This document shows positions 55,375 to 64,000 of a DNA stretch of 64,000 nt, piece by piece (the stretch's first letter is position 1; each line of letters starts with the position of its first letter). Source of the DNA: Gracilinanus agilis. Taxonomy: Eukaryota. A model generated the notes under the pieces. That model made no database searches. It saw only the letters and a program-made list of their open reading frames with translations, and was not told the DNA's origin. The DNA lies in assembly GCF_016433145.1 (NCBI RefSeq), contig NC_058131.1, forward strand, positions 352,830,706 to 352,894,705, given 5' to 3'. Position numbers and translations under genes: made by a program.

Positions 55375-55556
55375 AAAAAACTCTTACCTTCTTTCTTAAT
55401 ATCAATTATAATATAGGAGAGTGGCAAGTGCTAGGTAATTGGGATTATGTGACTTGCTCAGGTCACATAGTTAAGAAGTGTTTGAGGTCAGATTTGAATC
55501 CAGGTCTTCTCAACTCAAATATTGATGCTCTATCTACTATGCTACCTAGCTTCCCC
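55375..55556 (-). mobile_element. SINE1-type SINE inside an L1
   Basis: Reverse body; tagtccaat duplicated at the flanks. Confidence 0.72.
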
Positions 55557-55914
55557 TAGTCCAATGATTCTGAAATTACCTTTCATCAATCTATTTTCCA
55601 GGTCAGGTTTTTTTTTCTGATGAGATACTTCATGTTTTCTTTTTTTTTTTTTAATTTTGACTTTGTTTTATTGTTTCTTGATGTCTCATATAGGCATTAG
55701 CTTCCACTTGCCCAATTCCAATTTTTAAGAAATTGGTTGCTTTGGTAAGTTTTTGTACCTTTTTCCCATTTGGTCAATTTTGCCTTTTAAGAAATTATTT
55801 TGATTAGTGAAATTTTTTATTTCTTATACCATTTGACCAATTCTGTTTTTTAAGATGTTATTTTCTTCAATAATTTCTATGCCTCTTTTACCAAGTGGTT
55901 AATTGACTTTTCTT

Positions 55915-56120
55915 TCTTTCATTTTTAAATCCTTACCTTCTGTTTTAGAATTGATATTGAGTATCGATTTTAAGGCAGAAGAGCAGTAAGGGCTAGGCAA
56001 TTGGGGTTAAGTAACTTGGCCAGTCTCACACAGTTAGGAAGTATCTACGGTCACAGTTGAACCAAGACCTCTGGTCTCTAGGCCTGGTTCTCTGATCCAT
56101 TGAACTAGCTAACTGTCCCT
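55915..56120 (-). mobile_element. SINE1-type SINE
   Basis: Reverse body. Confidence 0.8.
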
Positions 56121-56650
56121 CTACCTAGACTTTTGCTGAACTTTTTGAGAACTGACTTCCAAAAATCTAAGATGCAGATTAGACTCTGCCTGACTGTTTC
56201 CTCCTCATTCATTAAAAATTCCAAAATGGCACAGTTATTTCTTTCAAGTTTCCCATTGTTTGTGATTCAGCAATCGGTTTCTTTTTACTAGTCACAATCA
56301 GACCCTGAATAGTGGTTCTACTTGTAGCTTCCTTTATCTATAGAGAAATGAAGTGATCATCAAGGCAGCAAAAATTTATTAGTTGCTCTGTTTTTATGAA
56401 GCACAGAGAGAGAAAGATAAATGCAGGCAGAGACAGAGAAACAGATATGCTCCTATGTAAAGAATGTTAGATCTGGAGTTAGACAGTCTGAATTTGAATG
56501 CAGGTTCTATTATTTCCATATTTATATGTCCTGGGGCAAAGCATTTAACCTTTGGGGAGTCTCATTTTTTTCATCTGTAGACTGACAAGGTTTAGACTTG
56601 ATTATCCCTTTTGGCTCTACTTGTATAGGTAATAATCATAGCTAATGAAT

Positions 56651-56912
56651 GGATAGCTAGGTGGCACAGCAGATGGAGTTTGAGACCTGGAGTCAGGAAG
56701 ACTGCTCTTCCTAGGTTCAAATTTGACCTCAGACACTTCCTAGCTGTGTACCCTGGGCAAGTCACTTAATCCTTTTTTGTTCTCAGTTTCCACATCTATA
56801 AGAAGTGTGAGAAAAGGAAATGGCAAGCCACTCCAGTATCTTTGCCAAGAAAACCCCAAATGGGGTCACATAGAGTTGGATGTGACCAAAATTACTGAAC
56901 AATGGCAACAAC
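56651..56912 (+). mobile_element. MAR1
   Basis: ggaaatggcaagccactccagtatctttgccaagaaaaccccaaatggggtc. Confidence 0.87.
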
Positions 56913-56972
56913 AATGTTCTTGGGTGACAGACATACTGTGTTTTAACAGATCCATCCTTAAAAAGGGTTTTG

Positions 56973-57176
56973 GGTGAAGCTGGGTGGCTCAGTGGATTAA
57001 GAGCCAGGCCTAGAGACGGGAGGTCCTAGGTTCCAGTCTGGCCTCAGACACTTTCTAGCTTTGTGACCCTGGACAAGTCACTTCACCCCCATTGCCTAGC
57101 CCTTACCACTCTTCTGCCTTGAAACTAATATACAATATTGATTCTAAAATGGAAGATAAGGGTTTAAAAAAAAAAA
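56973..57176 (+). mobile_element. Young SINE1_Mdo
   Basis: Near-consensus body; AAAAGGGTTTTG / AAAAGGTTTTG flanks. Confidence 0.9.
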
Positions 57177-58557
57177 GGTTTTGCATTGTTCTAAAACCTA
57201 ACAGAATTTGTACTCCCCTACTGGACTCCAGTGAAAATAAAGGGCTGCCTCCATGCTATGATCAAGGCATGTTATTGTTGTTATTTAGTAAAGGAATACT
57301 TTGAGCTATTATTAGTCTAGACTGGAGGTATGATGATCATTTGGATGAATCTATTATACATTAATTAAAATATTTGCTTTAGATTATTGAATAAATTTCA
57401 GCAAGTATTATTATGGTATACCTTTTCCTAACCCATGTGTTCTTTTTTAAATGAAGTAGTTTTAAAAATGAAATATTTATATTTATTTTCTTTCTCTTCC
57501 ATCATCTCCCCTATGCTCCCCAATCTACCCACCCCATTAGAAAAACAAAGCACTTGTAACAAATATATCTAGTAATGAAGCCTAACTTATCAAGAGTTTC
57601 AAGGACGTTGTGAAAATAAAACTGATTTGAAGTCTTAAATATAGTGGGAACAGCTATTTGACTTGTGGTATGAATTCTCTTATGATTATCAGATCATGCC
57701 TTCATTTCATTAGTCTTTCAGTTTTAATGTTAAAATATTTGTGGCTGAGATCATAGATTAGTAGATGAAAATCTGCTTATGGCCAAACTAGGAAATATTT
57801 GCCTGGTAGCCATTATATAGATCTTCCTGACTTCAGGCCTAGTATCCACTGTGCTATCTTGTATGACTCAGGTCATTGCTGCTAGGATAGTTGCAAAATC
57901 CCACGTGGACTTAATTCCAGACACCCGAACTTCCAATAGCTCTTTCTCCTGATATTTTGAAACTTCCAAGGTCAGGGTCTTCAATTTCCCTTACCTAAAA
58001 CAAAAGAACAAGAGCCAAATTCACATATTGTCCTCAGGTGAGGTTGAGTGGGTGGGTTAGGCAGAAACTTCTCCCCTTACAGCACTGTCTGACAAACTTG
58101 CCCAGAAGTCAAAACCAGAGGAAGCAGACCAAGCTGACTAATGCATTCCAGCTACACAACCACAGTCAGCCAAAGAGGTACCATGTAGCTGGTTGTAGAA
58201 CATCTATGCATGCTACAAATTTCTCCAGCAAACTTTTATTACATGTCAGCACAACATTCCCCAAAGTAAACTACCCAACCTCTACCATGGGAAGAATTGT
58301 ATCAGTAGCACTTTCTGCATATCATGAGGGATGGGCTTAGTAGCCAATCTCCTGTTCCATTCAGAAGATTTCCAATTTTATATAAATGAAGACTTGTCTA
58401 TTTTATCTTTTATGATCATCTCTGTCCCTTGTTTAGTTAAGACTTCTTCCTCTAGCTAGAGTTGTGAAAGGTACTTCCTTCCATTCTCTAATTATATTCA
58501 TGATATGACCTTTTATTTGGGAGGGGTCATGTTTTTATTGTGGTGCATGATATAAAA

Positions 58558-58761
58558 CCATGTTGGCGAACCTAAGGCACATGTGCCAGGGGAGGCTGTT
58601 CCCTTCCCCCTCTATCATGCCTGAGGACATTTTTCTCATTGTCACCCCTCTGCCCAGTCACCCAAAAGGAGTGCTTCCTCCCTCCCCTGTTTGTGGCAGC
58701 TCACATGAGCCGTGAAGGTTGTGCTTTGGGCACTCAGGCTTTAAAAGGTTCTCCATCACTG
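58558..58761. mobile_element. Non-autonomous hAT element (CAGTGATGG-end family), 204 bp
   Basis: TIRs CCATGTTGGCGAACCT / AGGTTCTCCATCACTG; 8-bp flanks ATATAAAA / GTATAAGA. Confidence 0.72.
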
Positions 58762-59461
58762 GTATAAGATATTGGTCTCAACCTAATTTCTATCAAATTA
58801 CTTTCCAATTTTGTTTTTTTCCACATAGGGAGTCCTTATCATATGAAATAATATACTTAGGTTTTTAAATATTCTATCAATGATTTAATATTGAACTAAA
58901 ACTTGACTAAACTTGCTTAGTAACTATTTACACTTAAGTTAATTTCAATGCATAAAACCCCTACATATTTTCAGTCACTCCTTCTGGCCTTCTTCTTTGT
59001 GCATTTATTCTCACTCACTCACTTTTCTTTTCCTTTTTTTTTTTTTTAGACAAACAGGGTTAAATGACTTGCTCAGAGCCACACAACTATTAAGTGTTTG
59101 AGGCCAGATTTGAATTCTAGAAGACTATGGTAGCTGTCACTCAAGTTAACTTTTCACTTTAAATGGTAATGGTTTATACTTATTTCAATCTTCTAGTTCT
59201 ATTTTTTCTTCTTCATAAAAAAAAGGATTTTCAGATTTCTTTATGGATCTCACATCTATTGGTCAACTGGAAATATAAACTATACAATGATGAATCACAA
59301 TTCATTGACATTAAGTTGTTTCCAGGTCTTCAATTATACATCATACTATTATGAAAACCTTTGTACAATTTAAATGCTTAGATTGAGCTGAAAGCCCTTT
59401 TTTCTTTATTTTTAAAAATATTTTCAGGGTACAGTTCCAACAATGGAATTATGCAGGGGGA

Positions 59462-59665
59462 GGGAGCAGTGAGGTGGCTCAGTGAATTGAGAGCCAGGCC
59501 TAGTGACAGGAGGTCCTGGGTTCAAAACTGACCTTACATACTTCCTAGCTGTGTGACCCTTGGCAAGTCACTTAACCTCTATTGCCTAGTCCTTCCCTCT
59601 CTTCTGCCTTGGAACCAATACTTGGTATTGATTCTAAGACAGAAGGTAAAGCTTTAAAAAGAAAA
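59462..59665 (+). mobile_element. SINE1_Mdo-type SINE
   Basis: Full body. Confidence 0.87.
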
Positions 59666-60270
59666 GAATTATTGGGCTAAAACCTATGATTATTTTTCCA
59701 ACATTTAGTCTGAATTGCCAGATTGCGTGCTCCAGAGAATCTATATGTTTCGATCAGTAACAGAGGAATGTACCTGTTCTACTACAACCTCACCAGCATT
59801 GAATTATGTGGCAAATGCAAATATTTAAGTCCTGCTGGGAAGAGTGAGGTATTGAGCCTTCCGAGTTGTTTGCCATTTCCCATAGGTGGATAGCTCTCAC
59901 AACTGCTACCACCCACCTGAGACCCCATAGCAACCATGGAATCTAAATAGGAGCACTTAGTCCTGGACTAACCTTTCCAGGGCTTCATTTAGCCATGACT
60001 TGGGTTCAGAGGTAGGATGGGTGTTTTAATAGAAAGGACACTTGATTTTGGTTTAGGAGAGTCTGAGTTTGAGGCTTACCTCTTGATACTAGCTATATAA
60101 TTATGGGCAACTTTTAAATCATTCTTTTAGATCTGGAAGGGACCTTATAAGCATTTACTTCAATCCTTTCTTATTAACATGTGAAGGAGCTAAGGCCCAA
60201 AGGTCATTTTGTTGTTACTCACTTGTTTTTCAGTTGTGTCTGACTCTTCATGACCCTTTTGGGTTTTTCT

Positions 60271-60332
60271 TGGCAAAGATACTGGAGTGGTTTGCCATTC
60301 ATTTTTGGCAAACCACTCCAGTATCTTTGCCA
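60271..60332. repeat. Perfect 27-bp inverted repeat with an 8-nt loop, derived from a MAR1 tail
   Basis: TGGCAAAGATACTGGAGTGGTTTGCCA ttcatttt TGGCAAACCACTCCAGTATCTTTGCCA. Confidence 0.95.
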
Positions 60333-60570
60333 GGAAATCTGCTTAAATGCTTGTTGATTGATCATACAGCCATAAATATCAGTCATTTCTGATAAGGTTA
60401 GTAGCCACTAGAAACCCCTCTTTGGGCAGCTAGAGGTTCAGTGGCTAAAGTGCCAGATCTAGATATAGGAAGTCCTGGGTTTATATCTGACCTCTGACAC
60501 TTTTTAGCTGTGTGACCCAGGGCAAGTCACTTAACCCCCATTGCTTAGCCCTTTCCACTTTTCTGCCTTG

Positions 60571-61418
60571 TGTAATGATTACATTTTAATGGTTTGGCTA
60601 AAATATATGAAGATTATAAATAATAGTGGTGTTTGCCAATTCAAAGTATTATTGCTCAAAGTCGAAATGACTTTAAGAGCTTTTATTTACAAAAGAGATG
60701 GAAAGAGTGAAAGTAGAGAAATATAAAAGGGTAGAAAAGACATTAGCCTATCTAACTAAATATTGCCCTGGTACTCGACTCAGCAGGATTTGTTGACCTT
60801 CAACAAGAATTAAACTCTCTCCAGAAGACAGGAAGGTAAAGCCAGCTATCTACTCACCCAACTTCCCTCCAAGAGGCAGGTCAAGACAATGACTTGAGCT
60901 GAAGGTGATTCTTGAGGCCAACTTTCTTCCTTGAGCCCACCTTCTTCTTGAAGCTGACTTTCCTCTTGAAGTTCAACTCCTTCTTGAAGCTGACTTCCTT
61001 CCTGGAGTCGACTTCCTTCCCTAGCCCCAGAAATTTAGGGCCTTTTATGGTGGGTCTTGTCTCTTCCCCCTTTCACAAGGGCCAATCACAGCTTCCAAAT
61101 TATCTAGCACTGCTCAGGGGGCAGTGTCTGTGGGATCTACTACTCATCAAAAGGGTTCACAGATTCCCAACTGTTTGAGTTTCTGAGGGTGTGAATTCTC
61201 TAAGTGGTTTTCAAGCTCCTCCACCTAGTTCAAGCTTTTGTTGATTCAATCAAAAGGTGGACAAAGGAGAGTTAATCTTGTCTTCACAATTTAATGAGGT
61301 ACTAAGTAGGGGTACTTGAGTTATTGTTAACCAAAGTGTTAGCTCCAACTGGATAAAGAGAATAAAGGATTCCCTTTCACAAGTGTAAACTCAAGAGAAC
61401 AAAGAATTCCCTTTTACA
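60571..61418 (-). mobile_element. Solo ERV LTR (848 bp, ERV1-like 4-bp TSD)
   Basis: TGTAA...TTACA termini; TSD CTTG at 60567-60570 and 61419-61422; minus-strand AATAAA near 60685. Confidence 0.8.
60909..61016. repeat. Six 18-bp tandem units inside the LTR
   Basis: Approximate consensus TTCTTGAAGCTGACTTYC with an exact period of 18. Confidence 0.88.
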
Positions 61419-63534
61419 CTTGGAACCAATGCTTAATATTGATTCTAAGAGAGAAAGTAAAGTGTTTTTTTTTAATGACTTACCCAAGTTCACACAGCTA
61501 GTAAGCATCTGGGGCCAGTTTGAAATCAAGTCTTCTTGTGACTCCAGGCCCAGCACTCTATCCACTGAGCCATTTAGCTGCCTCCTTGTCTTCATTGTTC
61601 ATTGTAGGCATATAGCATCAAGTAATTCTGTCCACTCATTAGGAATGATTTATAGAATTGTGCCAGAATTGAACTCTGGGTTACAATTATTATTTTCATT
61701 GGACCCTAATCTCAAGAAATCCTAATATGTGTTTTCTCCCTGGTCTTCTATTTTCCTTTCATCTTTTTGAACCTTCTGTCCTGCTCTCTCTGTCTTTTGC
61801 ACACTCTAGGCCAGAGATAGCAAAACTTTTAGAGAGGGAGTGCCCAAACTGTACCCTCACACCACATGTGAGCCTCCCTACCCCCACTCCCCACCCTACC
61901 TCAGACAGGGGAGGGAGGAAGTGCTCCCACTGGGCTGCTGCTTAGAGGGGTGGGTCATGTGAAGAATGTTTTCAGGCATGGTGGAGAGGGGGAGGAGAGA
62001 AGTCCCCTCTGGCACATTCTGACAAATGTACCATAGGTTCACCAACATGGCCCCAGACAGTTTTTATACCTGCCTTCTATTGCCCTTATGGAGCTATGGA
62101 TACAAGACTCTCTAGTCCCCATGCTGACCAACAGATTGTAGGATAATAGCTTTAGTTCTAGAAGGCTCAATCTTAGTGGTCATCTAGTTCAATGAACTCA
62201 TTTTACAGATGATAAAACTGAGGCCAAGAGAGGTTAACTGATTTTCCCAAGGTCACGCAGACTCAAATACTGGCCACCATCTTGCCCCTGACTCATCACA
62301 CTGACTCCCTGGATCTGTCCTGTAATGCCTCTGCTCAAACGAGAAGAACCACCTTTTTGCCCTAACCTAGGAGGTTGGGAGTGAAGCAGAGAGTCCTTCC
62401 TCATCTTTTCAAAGCTGTTTCTTATTGTTCCTCTTAGTTCCCACCTCTGAAGATACTGCTAAAGCTGGCTGGGTGACTTTCTCTGTTTACACCCATCACA
62501 TCCGCATTAACCATTGGAAGGGATTCAGACCTTGCTGAAAACATCAGTTTCTAGGGCATAGATTTCCCTCTCAGAACCAATCTAGGGGACTTTGAGGCTT
62601 TTCCCTTTACTATTTTCTAAACCTTACACCCATCTCTGACCCTTGACTTGAGGGACCCAATGCTTTTGACCTTCATCAGACCCGAGCCTTCTTGGCACCT
62701 TGGATGACCCAGGTCTGAGTCTGTGTGTTCAATCTGTCTCTTAGCCAGCTCCATCTTGGAGGGAAGAGGCCTCCAAAGCATTTTTTGACCTTGTAGGATT
62801 CAGGGATCTGCCACCTTTCTGCCATGCAGAATGGCCTGCCCCCTTCCTCTGCTGCAGCTGCTGTAAGTGGATGCCAGACTCTCTCTTGGACTCCTTTTCC
62901 TTACCACATGCAAGCTATCTGACGTGCAAGGGAGGCTATTTATTTACAAGGGTAAAAATAATATTGGTTCAAAAATAGAACATGATGGAAAGGTACTTAA
63001 AGCATATTGCAGTAGGGAAAACAAAGCAGACATGACCTTGAACCACAGTTTTGTCACTTTCTATCTGTGATGATGGGTAAGTCTATTTCTTTTTCTGTGC
63101 CTCAGTTTCCTCTTCAGTAAAATGAGGGGTTTGGACTAAATGATCAGTAAGGGTCCTTCCAGCTCTGACAAGTCTATGAATCATGAATCCAAAAGTGGGT
63201 TTAAACATTTTTTACTCAGGCTAAGTGGGTGGTTCTCCTAGAGAAGCATAGATTTAAATCTGGAGGGAGGCCTAATAGTTACTTAGACTGATACCCCCAT
63301 TTTACAAATGAGATAATTGAGGACCAGAGTGATCATAGGTTCATCATAAGATTTAGGGCTAGATGTGACCTTAGAGGACATCTAGTTTAACCCCCTCATT
63401 TTATAGACAGAGAAACTGAGGCTCAGAGAAATCAAGTGACTTATAATATGTCATATAATAAGGAACAGAGTCAGGATTTCAATTCAAGCTCAGTGCTCTT
63501 TTTTTTTTTTTTTTTTTTTGATCCTGTAATATCT

Positions 63535-63680
63535 CTAAGATAGAAGGGCAAGTGCTAGGGAAATGGAGTAAAGTGACTTGTCCAGGGTCACACAGTTAAA
63601 ACATGTCTGAGGCCAGATTCGAACCCAGGTCCTCCCACATCTAGGCCTGATACTCTGTCCACTGAGCCACCTAACTGCCT
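63535..63680 (-). mobile_element. SINE1-type SINE (partial)
   Basis: Reverse body ending gagccacctaactgcc. Confidence 0.78.
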
Positions 63681-64000
63681 TAAGCTCAGAACTCTTTCTA
63701 CTTTCTTTTTTTAATTTCACACACACACAACAAGTGACAGAACTGAGATTTGAATCCAAGTCTATGGACTTCAAATCTAATGATACTTCTACTGCTCCAG
63801 TATTTCCCTCAGATTGTCCTGTTTGAGTAAGTGCCCACCTAGCATCATTTCCATACTGACTTGAAATCCATGTCCTGTATCCATCTATCTTATTGCTTCT
63901 CAAACAGAATGCCGACCTTGGCCTTGGAATATCCCAAGCTGACTTGGGCTTTGTTCACTGAGGCCAAGCTCCTTTCCCAGTTTAGAATGACAAACTCCCT

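Larger units (their letters stand above)
51480..55900 (-). mobile_element. Fragmented L1 cluster (3' UTR, ORF2 C-terminus, endonuclease-like and ORF1-like segments) with nested LTR and SINEs
   Basis: Minus ORF 52943-53182 reads HMKNCSKSVFIREMKITTTLRYHLTLIRLANMIEKEN, an L1 ORF2 remnant. Confidence 0.8.
60423..61472 (+). mobile_element. SINE1 split by a solo LTR (SINE parts 60423-60570 and 61419-61472)
   Basis: The body stops at ...ctgccttg and resumes cttggaaccaat...gattctaaga. Confidence 0.8.

Noticed and set aside
60912-61178. ORF with repeating FFLKLT hexapeptides
   Set aside because: Translation of the 18-bp tandem array inside a solo LTR; non-ATG start.
61952-61962. GGGTCATGTGA (M-box plus nuclear-receptor half-site) as a possible SLC34A1 enhancer
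   Set aside because: A single short motif expected by chance, with no gene anchor in the window.
8596-63680. tRNA-like A/B boxes and regularly recurring repeats suggesting tRNA genes or a CRISPR-like array
   Set aside because: These are heads of dispersed tRNA-derived SINEs (SINE1, MAR1), with no cloverleaf and no repeat-spacer structure. The DNA is eukaryotic.

Overview
Marsupial genomic DNA, most likely an opossum such as Monodelphis (inferred from about 27 SINE1_Mdo-type SINEs, MAR1 CORE-SINEs and CpG depletion). It holds three spliced genes, assembled by hand from GT-AG boundaries. (1) TMED9 (p24alpha2): exons 1-2 on the minus strand, continuing off the left edge. (2) LMAN2 (VIP36): complete, 8 exons on the minus strand, 364 aa. 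(3) RGS14: complete, 15 exons on the plus strand, 578 aa, divergent from LMAN2. The rest is intronic or intergenic and rich in TEs: SINE1, MAR1, MIR, L1, L2, CR1/L3, two solo LTRs and three hAT MITEs. There are three N gaps. Highlights: an RGS14 C-terminal tail ending SHAL where human has the NHERF1-binding PDZ ligand DSAL; TMED9 directly downstream of LMAN2, unlike human and mouse; a 114-bp TSD-like duplication around a MAR1; a perfect 27-bp SINE-derived hairpin; an 18-bp CLEAR/E-box palindrome in TMED9 intron 1; a 40-bp GC-box minisatellite; and an inverted SINE pair bracketing the frame-neutral RGS14 exons 2-5. Comparisons with human proteins and repeat family names are from memory, not database searches. 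TE boundaries are approximate unless a TSD is quoted. I found no evidence for a new protein-coding system.
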